The position numbers and the translations under genes were made by a program. A stretch of 44,476 nt of DNA from Escherichia phage vB_EcoD_Pubbukkers: the sequence record NC_073068.1; one strand, given 5' to 3'. The notes beneath the pieces are model-generated. The model saw only the letters and a list, made by a program, of their open reading frames with translations. It was not told where the DNA came from and did no database searches. Shown here piece after piece: positions 1 through 9,506 of the stretch. Every line of letters starts with the position of its first letter. Positions within the stretch are counted from its first letter, which is position 1.

Positions 1-55
1 TATAATCCCCCTTAGATGGCAGGGCCGTCTCCTATGTCGCCGATGGTCGGCGCAT

Positions 56-628
56 ATGCACAAAAGGGCTTATATCATGGCAGAAATCAAAGTTAAGGGC
101 CGACGCGCCAAACTGGACGGACGAGTAGCAGTAACCCCGCGCCGTAAACCAGGCGAGCAAACCGAGCACACCAATCTTGGACCTGAAATCGAGTACGGGA
201 AGCGCCGTAAAGGCGGCAAATGTGGACGCCCTACTGACTACCGATCCGTTTACTGCGACCAGCTTCGCCGCTATTTTGCCGACGCAGACGCCTGGCAGGT
301 CAACTACTCCGATAAAGGCGCTGCGCAAGTAATCCCTCGCAACAAAATGCCAACCTTCGGTCGATTTGCCGCGGAAATCGGTGTGGGCGTCGCTTGCCTG
401 TATCGCTGGGCGCGCGCACATGAGGAGTTCGCCGAGGCGATGGCTGACGCGATGGAGTTGCAGAAAACTTTCCTGATGGAAGCTGGCGGCGTGACCATCG
501 CGGCGGGCTTCGCTACGTTCCTGCTTAAAGCCAACCACGGCGTACGCGACGATATCCCACTGGATGACGACGAGGATGATAACGGCGATGTTGTTGTCGA
601 ACCAACCGGCAAAGGCCAGGGCGAATAA
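56..628 (+). CDS. terminase small subunit (putative)
   Basis: 190-aa ORF whose stop overlaps the TerL start (TAATG at 626-630); basic N-terminus, acidic C-terminus; ATG at 77 is an alternative start with better RBS spacing. Assigned by synteny only. Confidence 0.55.
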   Translation: MHKRAYIMAEIKVKGRRAKLDGRVAVTPRRKPGEQTEHTNLGPEIEYGKRRKGGKCGRPTDYRSVYCDQLRRYFADADAWQVNYSDKGAAQVIPRNKMPTFGRFAAEIGVGVACLYRWARAHEEFAEAMADAMELQKTFLMEAGGVTIAAGFATFLLKANHGVRDDIPLDDDEDDNGDVVVEPTGKGQGE

Positions 629-2013
629 TGCGTAACTATGCGGCAGAACACCGCGCACTGGAACGCGCGATCGCGAAGCGCAACCGACCACCGCGCCCGA
701 CACGCGTTGCGCAGGCGGTGCGGCTTTACCAGCCTGATTGCCTACCACACCAGGTCGAACTACTGCGGGACACGAAGACTAAAATCCTCGGCCTGTGTTC
801 CGGCTTCGGCGGCGGCAAGTCATGGGTCGCAGCCCGTAAGGTAATCCAGCTTTTAACCCTGAACCCGGGTCATGATGGCATCGTTACCGAACCGACTATT
901 CCACTCCTGGTTAAAATCATGTATCCGGAATTGGAAAAGGCTTTCGACGAGGCTGGCTTCCGGTGGAAGTTCAACAAGCAGGACAAGATCTATAGCGTTC
1001 TGGTGAAAGGCAAATGGACCCGCGTGATCTGTGAATCAATGGAGAACTATACCCGCCTGATCGGGGTCAACGCCGCGTGGATTGTTGCCGACGAGTTCGA
1101 CACCACGAAACAAGACGTCGCGCTGGCGGCATATCACAAATTGCTAGGTCGTCTGCGTGCGGGCTTCGTCCGCCAGTTCGTCATCGTATCCACGCCTGAA
1201 GGCTACCGGGCGATGTATCAAATTTTCGAGGTGGAGAAGGATAGCCAAAAGCGCCTGATCCGGGCGAAGACCACCGACAACCACCATTTACCGGCAGACT
1301 TTATCGACACGCTGCGCAGTCAGTACCCGGCTAACCTGATTGATGCGTACCTGAACGGCCTGTTTGTTAACCTTACGTCGGGCGCGGTGTACAAGATGTT
1401 CAACCGAGAGGAGAACGCCAGCACCGAAGAAGTGCAGCCGGACGACACGCTGATTATCGGTATGGACTTTAACGTCACTAAGATGGCGGCGGTTGTGTAC
1501 GTCAGACGGCAGCGAGTCACCGAGAACAAGGAGTTCCTCGACGAGATTCACGCGGTGGATGAATTTGTGGATCTGTTTGATACCCCGGCTATGATTGAGG
1601 CGATCGAGGAGCGCTACCCCGAACATTGTGCCGCCGGTCGTGTTGTCGTCTACCCGGATAGCAGCGGCAAATCCCGCAAAACGGTCAACGCGTCGTCGTC
1701 CGATATCGCGCAACTGGAAGATGCTGGCTTCGAGGTGGAGTACGACAGCGTTAACCCACCTGTGAAAGACCGATTGATCGCGATGAATACGATGATGTGC
1801 AACTCGAAGGGCGTGCGCCAGTATTTTGTCAACCTGGATAAATGCCCTACACTAGCGAAATGCCTGGAACAGCAGGTTTACGACCTGAAGAAAGGCGAGC
1901 CGGATAAAACTGCCGGTGTGGACCACATGAATGATGCCGCGGGCTACCCTATTGCGCACTTGTTCCCTGTGATTCGTCCGATCGCCGTTGTTCCTACTGT
2001 AGACTTCTACTAA
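628..2013 (+). CDS. terminase large subunit
   Basis: 461 aa; Walker A-like GLCSGFGGGKS and Walker B-like WIVADEFD; position directly before the portal gene. Confidence 0.88.
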   Translation: MRNYAAEHRALERAIAKRNRPPRPTRVAQAVRLYQPDCLPHQVELLRDTKTKILGLCSGFGGGKSWVAARKVIQLLTLNPGHDGIVTEPTIPLLVKIMYPELEKAFDEAGFRWKFNKQDKIYSVLVKGKWTRVICESMENYTRLIGVNAAWIVADEFDTTKQDVALAAYHKLLGRLRAGFVRQFVIVSTPEGYRAMYQIFEVEKDSQKRLIRAKTTDNHHLPADFIDTLRSQYPANLIDAYLNGLFVNLTSGAVYKMFNREENASTEEVQPDDTLIIGMDFNVTKMAAVVYVRRQRVTENKEFLDEIHAVDEFVDLFDTPAMIEAIEERYPEHCAAGRVVVYPDSSGKSRKTVNASSSDIAQLEDAGFEVEYDSVNPPVKDRLIAMNTMMCNSKGVRQYFVNLDKCPTLAKCLEQQVYDLKKGEPDKTAGVDHMNDAAGYPIAHLFPVIRPIAVVPTVDFY

Positions 2014-2024
2014 GGAAACCGACC

Positions 2025-3545
2025 ATGACCGTTAACGTTGACAACCAGCACCCGCTCTATGCGCGCATCGCGCCAGAGTGGAAAATGATCCGCGACTGCG
2101 TAGCGGGGGAGCGCGCCGTGAAGGCGTGCGGCCCCTTGTACCTGCCACACCCCGCAAGCGGCGACACCACCGACCCGAAATCACGGGCACGGTATAAGGC
2201 GTATAAGCAACGTGCTGTCTTCCTGAACGCCACCGCCCGCACACTTAACGCGCTGTTAGGTGTCGCCTTCGCCAAACCGGTGAGTATGGACCTTTCCGGG
2301 GCAATGGCTGACCTGATTGATGACGTTGACGGCAGCGGTATGCCGCTGGCGCAACTCCTGCGCGGTGCTATGTCTGAAGTTCTGCAGTCAGGCCGTGCCG
2401 GGTTTATGGTCGACTACGACCGCCAGGCGCATTTTGACGAACTGGGTAACGTAGTACCGCAGACCGCCGCTGAAATGGCGGCACACCGCCCGCTTATCCG
2501 CCTGTATACGGCTGAACAGATCATTAACTGGCGGCAGACCCACGGGGTCGACACGCTAATCGTGCTGAAGGAAACGGACGAAATCAGCACCGAAGACCCG
2601 GACGACTTCGCAAACCACGAAGTAACGATCTGGACCGAGCTTCGCATGATTGCGGGTAAGGCCCACGCCCGCCGCTGGTTTTACAACGCTGACACGTCCG
2701 AGGTGCAGATGGACTTGCCGCGAGGCTTCACCCGCACCGACCTTGTACCATTGGTGGATGCCTCCGGTAATGCGCTAACTCAACTGCCATTTTGCTGGTG
2801 TGGCGCGGTGGACAACAACGCGACACCGGACGCCGCACCGCTGGCGGATATTGCGTCCATCAACATTAAGCACTACAACGCCGAAGCGGACGTCGCCGAG
2901 ATTGCGCACATCGTGGGCCAACCTACACTCATTGCGACTGGTCTGACCCAATCATGGGCGGACAAGAACCTGAAAGGAGGCATCGCGCTCGGGGCAACTA
3001 AGGGCGTTATCCTGGGCCAGAACATGGACGCCAAACTGCTTCAGGCGGAGGAGCGCAACTTGTCTGTTGCACTGTGTGAGCGCCGCGAATTGCAAATGGC
3101 TAAACTGGGCGCGGCCCTGGTCGAGAAGGGGACCGCACCTAAGACGGCAACCGAGGCGGCCTATGATGCACAGACTGATAACAGTATCCTGTCACTGATT
3201 GCCGGTAACGTCGAGAAGGCTTTCAACCGTGCGCTGCAAATCGTCAAGCTGTTCACGGGCGACACCGCAGATCAACGCGTAACGCTGAATAAGTTCTACA
3301 CCGAAATCACGGTTGACGCACAGCTTATGACCGCAATGATGGCGGGTGTGCAGACCGGTACGGTCCGTCTGGCGGACTTTATCAAGTGGATGATGGCCCA
3401 GGGCGTTATTGATGACTCGCAAACCGTCGAGCAGGTGGAAGACGAACTGCGAAATCAGAATCCATTGCCTCAAATGTCCCCGGATGCGGTAGAATCGACC
3501 GAAGAAGCCCCGGACGAGGTAGCGGACAATGGCGAAGACAATTAA
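2025..3545 (+). CDS. portal protein
   Basis: 506-aa ORF immediately after TerL and before a MuF-like gene; size and synteny typical of portal; acidic C-terminal tail. Confidence 0.75.
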   Translation: MTVNVDNQHPLYARIAPEWKMIRDCVAGERAVKACGPLYLPHPASGDTTDPKSRARYKAYKQRAVFLNATARTLNALLGVAFAKPVSMDLSGAMADLIDDVDGSGMPLAQLLRGAMSEVLQSGRAGFMVDYDRQAHFDELGNVVPQTAAEMAAHRPLIRLYTAEQIINWRQTHGVDTLIVLKETDEISTEDPDDFANHEVTIWTELRMIAGKAHARRWFYNADTSEVQMDLPRGFTRTDLVPLVDASGNALTQLPFCWCGAVDNNATPDAAPLADIASINIKHYNAEADVAEIAHIVGQPTLIATGLTQSWADKNLKGGIALGATKGVILGQNMDAKLLQAEERNLSVALCERRELQMAKLGAALVEKGTAPKTATEAAYDAQTDNSILSLIAGNVEKAFNRALQIVKLFTGDTADQRVTLNKFYTEITVDAQLMTAMMAGVQTGTVRLADFIKWMMAQGVIDDSQTVEQVEDELRNQNPLPQMSPDAVESTEEAPDEVADNGEDN

Positions 3546-4632
3546 TCAATATATGGCGGATCGAATGATTCGCCGTCACATCTTCACCCAGCGCCTGAGT
3601 AATGACCAGGCGCGGAGGGTGTTGGCTATGTGGGAGAAGTTCCGGCCCACGTTACTGGGTAAGCTGACCGAGTTGCTTGATGGTAAAAAGTCCATGAGCA
3701 ACAAGGCGCTTACCACCCTGTTAACGCAACTCGACAAGACCATCAAAACGGAACTGCGCACCGAGTTTAAGGTGCTGGCTGAAAGCCTTCAGGAGTTCGC
3801 CGACACCGAGGCCGATTATCTAGCCGACACATTAACGGCAGCGATCCAGCCGGTGGTCGCCGTACCGGCGGTCGAGGTGGTTGGCGTAGTGACCGGCGCG
3901 CAGATCGCAGCAACGGCAATGACAAACCCGTTCCAGGGCAATACCATGATGCAATGGCCCGACTCACTTTCTGAGTGGACCAGGACGCAGATCGGTAATC
4001 AGGTGCGGGCGGGATTCATCCAGGGCAAGCCAACGATGGAAATTATCGCGGACGTGAGGCGCGCGCTAGGCGGTCGTAGTGCGCAAGCCATCTCAAGCGT
4101 TGTTAAGTCCGCAGTCAACCACTATGCGGCGACCGCCCGCGAACTAATGGTAAAAGCAAATGACGATATTCTCGAAGGTCGCCAATGGTTATCTACATTG
4201 GACACGCATACTTCTCCCATGTGCCAGCTACGCGATCGCCTGTTTTATCCGGTTGATGTTACTCCCGACACCAAAGGAAAGCGCGGCGGGAAAGTGGTGG
4301 CTGGGTCACAATATGGCGCTGGTCCGGGCAAGTTGCATTATTGCTGCCGCTCGACGGAGACGTGGAAAGTCAAAGGTATGGAAGATTGGCCCAGTGGTAA
4401 GCGTCCGGCACTGAAGGCTGACGCAGGCAGATTGCTGAGTGAGCAGGTCGACGCGCAGACTGATTTCTTCTCATGGGTGCAGCGCCAGCCGCGCCATATC
4501 CTGGAAGAATTATATGGAGTGCAACGCGCCGACCAGATTATGCGCGGCGTGAAAGTGCCGAAGATGTTCACCGATTCTGGCGAACTGATGACTGTTGCAC
4601 AGCTTAAAAACCGGGGGTTATGGCGTGATTAA
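3529..4632 (+). CDS. head morphogenesis protein (Mu gpF / SPP1 gp7-like)
   Basis: 367 aa; start overlaps portal end; contains LSTLDTHTSPMCQLRDRLFYP, matching the conserved D-x-x-T-S-x-x-C core of the MuF domain. Confidence 0.75.
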   Translation: MAKTINQYMADRMIRRHIFTQRLSNDQARRVLAMWEKFRPTLLGKLTELLDGKKSMSNKALTTLLTQLDKTIKTELRTEFKVLAESLQEFADTEADYLADTLTAAIQPVVAVPAVEVVGVVTGAQIAATAMTNPFQGNTMMQWPDSLSEWTRTQIGNQVRAGFIQGKPTMEIIADVRRALGGRSAQAISSVVKSAVNHYAATARELMVKANDDILEGRQWLSTLDTHTSPMCQLRDRLFYPVDVTPDTKGKRGGKVVAGSQYGAGPGKLHYCCRSTETWKVKGMEDWPSGKRPALKADAGRLLSEQVDAQTDFFSWVQRQPRHILEELYGVQRADQIMRGVKVPKMFTDSGELMTVAQLKNRGLWRD

Positions 4633-4954
4633 ATATGCAGCGATCGGGGTGGTTATCGGCCTGGCGGTTGGCTTCTGGCTGGGTGATTCCTACCGCGCTG
4701 GCGTTGTGGCGAGCGCGGCGCAAGAAGCGCAAGCGAAAGCCCGACGGCAGCAAACTAAGGTTGTCGAGGGGGCAGTGCAGGCAGAACAGGCCCGCGACGT
4801 AGAATACCGGACTATCACGAAAGAGGTTGTAAAATATGTTACGCGTCCTAACCGTCCTGATTGTAGTTTTGATGCTGAGCGCGTGCGGATCAAGCAACGT
4901 GCCGTTGATGCCGCTAACGGAGTCGGCACTGCGACCGCCGTGCAAGTTCGATAA
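4595..4954 (+). CDS. i-spanin (Rz-like), putative
   Basis: N-terminal TM helix (IKYAAIGVVIGLAVGFWLG) followed by charged coiled-coil-like region; contains an overlapping lipoprotein ORF in the +1 frame. GTG at 4625 is an alternative start. Confidence 0.5.
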   Translation: MHSLKTGGYGVIKYAAIGVVIGLAVGFWLGDSYRAGVVASAAQEAQAKARRQQTKVVEGAVQAEQARDVEYRTITKEVVKYVTRPNRPDCSFDAERVRIKQRAVDAANGVGTATAVQVR

Positions 4955-5066
4955 CCCGTCCGCGGACCCCGACGAAGATTTGATGATTGACGTGAAAAAT
5001 ATGGAATGCGGCGCGAAGCTAAGGGCGCAAGTGCTGGAGTTGCAGAAAATAATTCGGGGGCCGTGA
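4836..5066 (+). CDS. o-spanin (Rz1-like outer-membrane lipoprotein), putative
   Basis: 76 aa; lipoprotein signal with lipobox LSAC; Pro-rich mature part; starts inside the Rz-like ORF in another frame and runs past its stop (overlapped architecture); RBS AGAGG 9 nt upstream. Confidence 0.55.
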   Translation: MLRVLTVLIVVLMLSACGSSNVPLMPLTESALRPPCKFDNPSADPDEDLMIDVKNMECGAKLRAQVLELQKIIRGP

Positions 5067-5080
5067 TGGCCCCTTTTGTT
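5056..5080. terminator. rho-independent terminator between convergent genes
   Basis: GGGGCC-gtgat-GGCCCC stem followed by TTTTGTT; lies between the plus spanin ORF end (5066) and the minus gene end (5079). Confidence 0.6.
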
Positions 5081-5843
5081 AGCGTGGAATACCGCAGATT
5101 TCGTTTAACGTCTTCACATCCAGCGCCACCGCCGTGGACTTAGGCTTGTCCGGGTATGGAATGAACTGTTCCACTTCAGGCCACGCCTTGATCAGCTTCT
5201 TATCGGTATTGTGCATGTTCAGAACGCCGGTAACGGTTAGCTTGAACGCGTCATACTTAGCTCGCAACTCGCGTCGGGCCTTGTCGTTACGGTCCAGGCG
5301 CTTGCAGAAATCATGATCCGCCGGAAAATCAGCGCGGCAGCGTGGCTTATAGATCGGCAGCGCTTTCCCGTCCTCGTCCAATTCGCACACAGAAGCCAGC
5401 ATAACTTCTTCGTACCCAGGCACAATATCGCCGAGATCGGGAGATAGCATATTCATGTATTTATATTCCCAGTATCCGCGATGTATTCGGTATTGTCGTC
5501 CGTCACCGCTCAATGACAGTGTGCGCACATTTCCGCCTGCGTTGATTTCGAAAGTGGCGTCATAAACGCTGCCGATACCGTTCGGGCTGTCGGCGTCATA
5601 TCTATACGTCGCCTTGTTGGTGTATACGCAGACGCCGTACATCTGCGACGGGTCATCGCCGATTGCTTCAATGCGCTCACGTAGCTCGGCGAACGAATGA
5701 ATGCCTTCCGGCATACAGTCAAGCGTAATGGCGTACGCCAGATTTCGAGAGTCCATCATGATTGATTTGGCTTCGGTCGCGATTTCGTGGTCGCGCAGGA
5801 TGTTAGCCAGAATCTGGTTTTTAATGTCTTTCGTCAGTCTCAT
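5079..5843 (-). CDS. hypothetical protein (reverse-strand moron in head module)
   Basis: 255 aa starting MRLTKDIKNQ with RBS GAGGA; the ORF-track N-terminal extension (to 6224) is low-complexity antisense of the scaffold gene and is rejected. No recognisable motif. Confidence 0.6.
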   Translation of the reverse strand: MRLTKDIKNQILANILRDHEIATEAKSIMMDSRNLAYAITLDCMPEGIHSFAELRERIEAIGDDPSQMYGVCVYTNKATYRYDADSPNGIGSVYDATFEINAGGNVRTLSLSGDGRQYRIHRGYWEYKYMNMLSPDLGDIVPGYEEVMLASVCELDEDGKALPIYKPRCRADFPADHDFCKRLDRNDKARRELRAKYDAFKLTVTGVLNMHNTDKKLIKAWPEVEQFIPYPDKPKSTAVALDVKTLNEICGIPR

Positions 5844-5991
5844 TAGTGTGTCCTCGTTGTTGGTGTGCAACCAATATATGCAACCAATACGAGGATCGCA
5901 AGCGAATTTTGCGATTATTTTTATCGCTGATAATATTAGAAGCGTGAAGTCGAGCGGGTGGCCTGCTCTGCCACAATCCCAGGGGGATAGC

Positions 5992-6696
5992 ATGAAACTT
6001 ACTAAAGCAGAATATGACGCGTTGCCGGAAGGTATGAAGGCGCTTTTTGTTGCCGATGGCGACGGGTATAAATCAACTTTCATGACCGCAGAAGAAGTAC
6101 AGGCGGAAATCAAGGGTCTGAAAGAAAACAACGCGAAGCTGGTGAGCGAGAAGAAAGCAGAAGCCGAACGCCGCGCCGAAGCTGAGCGCCTTGCGAAAGA
6201 GAAAGAGGAAGCCGCCGCGCGCAAAAATGGCGACCTCGAAGCGATCGATAAGTCCTGGAAGGATAAGTTTGCGAAACACGAAGCAGATACATCGGGAAAA
6301 ATCGAAGCCTACCGCAAGCAGATCCACGACCTAACCATCGGCAGCGCTGCCAAAGACCTGGCATCGAAGCTATTCGGTAAGAATGCGGGCATCATGCAAC
6401 GCCACGTAATGGACCGCCTGACGCTGGAAGACGGCGAAGATGGCAGCTTGAAAGTGCGTGTCTTGCAGGATGGCAAACCGTCCGCGCTGACTATGGAAGA
6501 GCTTGAAAAAGAGTTCCGTAATAACGCAGATTTTGCATCCGTCCTGGCTGGCACGCCAGCCGGTGGCGCGCCTAGCAAACCGACGCAGGTTGTCGAAGAT
6601 GTGAAGTCGAAAATCACTATGGGCCACAGCTTCGGTATCACTGACCTTACGAAACAGGCAGGTGAAATCATCGCTAAGATGGGCGACGACGAGTAA
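5992..6696 (+). CDS. scaffolding protein (putative)
   Basis: 234 aa starting MKLTKAEYDALPEG with RBS AGGGGGA; long charged coiled-coil-like segment (AEAERRAEAERLAKEKEEAAARK); immediately upstream of the putative major capsid gene. Confidence 0.6.
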   Translation: MKLTKAEYDALPEGMKALFVADGDGYKSTFMTAEEVQAEIKGLKENNAKLVSEKKAEAERRAEAERLAKEKEEAAARKNGDLEAIDKSWKDKFAKHEADTSGKIEAYRKQIHDLTIGSAAKDLASKLFGKNAGIMQRHVMDRLTLEDGEDGSLKVRVLQDGKPSALTMEELEKEFRNNADFASVLAGTPAGGAPSKPTQVVEDVKSKITMGHSFGITDLTKQAGEIIAKMGDDE

Positions 6697-6702
6697 GCAG
6701 AT

Positions 6703-6727
6703 TGCCCGCGAAAGCGGGCAATTTTGC
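6703..6727 (+). terminator. rho-independent terminator
   Basis: TTGCCCGC-gaaa-GCGGGCAA stem followed by TTTT, just after the scaffold stop (6696). Confidence 0.65.
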
Positions 6728-6793
6728 GAGCGCGTAAATCTAAGGTAACATTAACGTCACTGGGCGAATGCTCACAACTCAAAGGATTTCGAT

Positions 6794-7894
6794 ATGTCTT
6801 TAACAGTGTTCCAGCGTAAACTCGTTACCGCGGTTACGCAAATGATCCCCGACAACCTGAACGTTTTCAACGCCGCCGCCAATGGCGCTGTTGTTCTCGG
6901 TACTGGTGAAGTGCTGAAGGATGTTATTGAGAAAATGTCCGTAGGCTTGATCGCCAACCTCGTTACCGACCGTAACGCCTACGCCCCTGTCGGTACTCCG
7001 GCAACCGCTAAAGTGCTGGCGCGTATGCTGACCAACTCCGTTAACCTATCCGCGAAAGTGGGTCCGGTAGCGATCACTAAGGCTATGATGGCTAAGATCG
7101 AAACCAACGTTAACAGCGTTGCGGCTGAGATTGCGGCGCAGGCCACTCAAGCGATTATGCTGCACTACCTGAAAGCGGGTATCGGTGCGGGTAAAGCGGC
7201 GATCGAAAGCAACGCAGCGGCAAAATACACCCAACCGGCGCGCGTTGACGGCGTTGGCGGTCGTACCTTCCCGACCCTGGCAGACTTCCCGCTGGCGGCT
7301 TCTAAGTTCGGCGATCAGGCGTCTTTGATTAAGTCCTGGTTTATGGACGGCGTTACCTGGGCAAACTTCATCGCGTACCAGGCACTCCCTTCCGCTGAAC
7401 AGGTATTCGCAATTGGCGATCTCCAGGTAATGGGTGATGGCCTGGGCCGTCGTTTCATTATCTCCGATGCCGCTGCCGATGCTATGGGCACGGGTAACAT
7501 GCTGGGTCTGGTCCCTGGCGCGGTTGCCGTTACCACCAACGGCCTCGATATGCTGGCGCAGGAGAAAGGCGGTAACGAGAACATCGAACGCTGGTGGCAG
7601 GGTGAGTTCGACTTCAACGTGGCTGTTAAAGGCTACCGTCTGAAGGCGTCCGCTCGTACCCCGATCGAAGGTGTGCGCTCGTTCAAACTGGACGATATTA
7701 CCACTTCCGCTAACTGGGAATTGGATCAGGGCCAGGTAGACAACGCACCGGCAACCGTTCAGGATGTTGGCGCGGTGGGTGATGGCGATACTAAAGGTCG
7801 TCGTAAGACCCAGGCCGCACAGGCAGTGCCTACCCGTCACATCAAGGAAACCGCTGGCGTACTGGTTACGCTGACGGCGACCACAGCGTCTTAA
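6794..7894 (+). CDS. major capsid protein (putative)
   Basis: 366 aa; follows scaffold gene; flanked by strong terminators; Ala/Gly/Val-rich composition typical of abundant structural proteins. No fold-level verification. Confidence 0.65.
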   Translation: MSLTVFQRKLVTAVTQMIPDNLNVFNAAANGAVVLGTGEVLKDVIEKMSVGLIANLVTDRNAYAPVGTPATAKVLARMLTNSVNLSAKVGPVAITKAMMAKIETNVNSVAAEIAAQATQAIMLHYLKAGIGAGKAAIESNAAAKYTQPARVDGVGGRTFPTLADFPLAASKFGDQASLIKSWFMDGVTWANFIAYQALPSAEQVFAIGDLQVMGDGLGRRFIISDAAADAMGTGNMLGLVPGAVAVTTNGLDMLAQEKGGNENIERWWQGEFDFNVAVKGYRLKASARTPIEGVRSFKLDDITTSANWELDQGQVDNAPATVQDVGAVGDGDTKGRRKTQAAQAVPTRHIKETAGVLVTLTATTAS

Positions 7895-7912
7895 TCGACG
7901 CACATCCCAAAT

Positions 7913-7938
7913 GGGCGGGCTTATGCCCGCCTTTTTTA
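7913..7938 (+). terminator. rho-independent terminator
   Basis: GGGCGGGC-ttat-GCCCGCC stem followed by TTTTTT, directly after the capsid gene stop (7894). Confidence 0.75.
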
Positions 7939-7952
7939 TAGGAGTGAATAAG

Positions 7953-8453
7953 ATGTATGGCGACCCGCAAACCTTTGTTGTTTATGCCGCTGCGCGAGGC
8001 GTTGAAATTACGCAGAGCGACGCAACGCGACACCTTACCATTGTTAATGACTTCCTTAACGGCATCGACTGGATCGGCGAACAAGCGGACCAGACAGGAA
8101 TAGACGCATGGCCCCGCATCAATTACCCATCGGACGGTAAGCCGGTGCGCGACACGCTCACTGAAGTTGTGGCAGTAGTGCCTGCAGGGCAGATCGTAGA
8201 TTTTGCATCAATCCCCATTGCCGTCGAGCAAGCCGTTTACAGGTTGGCGATGTTGGTGGCGGACGAGGTCGATATTTCTCCTGTTGGCAGTGGTAAGGAG
8301 ACTATCCGCGAAACTGTTGGCCCGATCACGATGGAATATGACCCTGCGACGATTGGTAGCGGTGTCTCGTTCCCGTGGTGGGATGGCTTGCTGAGCCACT
8401 GGGTTGATTCTGGCGGCAACGCCGCAGGCAATTTCGATGTATTCCGGGGGTGA
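7953..8453 (+). CDS. hypothetical structural protein (head-tail connector region)
   Basis: 166 aa from ATG 7953 with RBS TAGGAGTG; the ORF-track start at 7911 lies inside the terminator hairpin and is rejected. Confidence 0.6.
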   Translation: MYGDPQTFVVYAAARGVEITQSDATRHLTIVNDFLNGIDWIGEQADQTGIDAWPRINYPSDGKPVRDTLTEVVAVVPAGQIVDFASIPIAVEQAVYRLAMLVADEVDISPVGSGKETIRETVGPITMEYDPATIGSGVSFPWWDGLLSHWVDSGGNAAGNFDVFRG

Positions 8454-8551
8454 TATGAATCCTGCATTACTGGCGGCTATTATCGCCGCAAATACTAAAC
8501 GCCAACCAGAACAGGAGCCAGCACCAGAACCAGAACCACCGGTACAGGAGG

Positions 8552-8911
8552 ATGATAATGGCGGGCTTTAATTACGCAGGATTAAAGCGGAAAGTGAATC
8601 CGCTGATTAAAAAGTACGGCATGACCGTTACGGTTACGCGTCCTGGTACAGTCGACCGCGTAGACGGCGACGAAGTGGTCATCCCTCCGACCTCGTTTGA
8701 CGTCATCGGACTTCGTGAGGAGTACAAGCCAAGCGAGATCGACGGGACGCGTATCGTTGCCGGAGATGTGAAGTTTTTGTGTCAGGCAGTAAAGCCGGTG
8801 CAGGTCGGGGATTTGATTAGCCTGAACAATACAGACTACAGGGTCATCAACCCAAACCCCCTGCAACCGGCTGGCACTACCATGCTGTTTCAACTACAGC
8901 TAAGGGGCTAA
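8552..8911 (+). CDS. hypothetical structural protein
   Basis: 119-aa ORF with RBS CAGGAGG; the second ATG (8558) has better spacing; position in head-tail joining region. Confidence 0.55.
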   Translation: MIMAGFNYAGLKRKVNPLIKKYGMTVTVTRPGTVDRVDGDEVVIPPTSFDVIGLREEYKPSEIDGTRIVAGDVKFLCQAVKPVQVGDLISLNNTDYRVINPNPLQPAGTTMLFQLQLRG

Positions 8912-8912
8912 C

Positions 8913-9506
8913 GTGGCTGAAGTCTACTCATTCGCCGCCACTATTGCTACGTGGGTGGATAAGACGAAGGAGAACAACGACAAGGCGGTGCGGGCGTACG
9001 GTATGCAAATACTCGGACGCCTGATCGAGATCTCCCCAGTGGGCGACCCCCGCCGGTGGAAAATTAACAGGGCTTACGCGCTCGCCCGCCAGCACGCAAA
9101 CAAGGTGAACGCCGCACAGCGTCGCAAGAATGGCGGCAAACTGAAGCGCGGGCAGAAAAAGCACGCCAGCGTGCTGGTATCATTCAAGACTAAAAACGGC
9201 AACGTCACGTTCCGCCAGCGTGGCTGGGCTGCGAAGAATTACACCGGCGGACGCTTCCGGGGAAACTGGCAGGTTACGTTCGACCGCCCGGCTGTTGGCG
9301 CTATTGACCGCGTGGACAAGGCCGGAACGGCAACATTAGCCGCTGGGCGTGAAGTGTTAGCGCACTATGATTCGAGTGAATACGGGTCGATCTGGTTTAC
9401 TAACAACGTGCCATACGCGCAGCGACTTGAGTATGGCTGGAGTAAACAAGCGCCAGCGGGGATTGTTCGCGTCGTAGCGGCAGAAATTAATTCGAAGGTG
9501 AAATAA
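8913..9506 (+). CDS. hypothetical structural protein (neck / tail completion region)
   Basis: 197 aa; GTG start preceded by AAGGGG; abuts flanking genes; basic. Confidence 0.55.
   Translation: MAEVYSFAATIATWVDKTKENNDKAVRAYGMQILGRLIEISPVGDPRRWKINRAYALARQHANKVNAAQRRKNGGKLKRGQKKHASVLVSFKTKNGNVTFRQRGWAAKNYTGGRFRGNWQVTFDRPAVGAIDRVDKAGTATLAAGREVLAHYDSSEYGSIWFTNNVPYAQRLEYGWSKQAPAGIVRVVAAEINSKVK

Noticed and set aside
5079-6224. 381-aa version of the minus-strand ORF
   Set aside because: The first 127 codons are low-complexity (Ala/Ser/Arg/Phe-rich) antisense of the scaffold gene; an internal ATG at 5843 has a good RBS and gives a compact gene.
5701-6696. 331-aa version of the scaffold ORF
   Set aside because: The N-terminal 97 codons overlap the divergent promoter region and the minus-strand gene start; ATG at 5992 with RBS AGGGGGA is the likely start.
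7911-7952. ORF-track start at 7911 for the gene after the capsid gene
   Set aside because: The first codons (ATGGGCGGGCTTATGCCCGCC) form the terminator stem itself; the downstream ATG at 7953 has a proper RBS.
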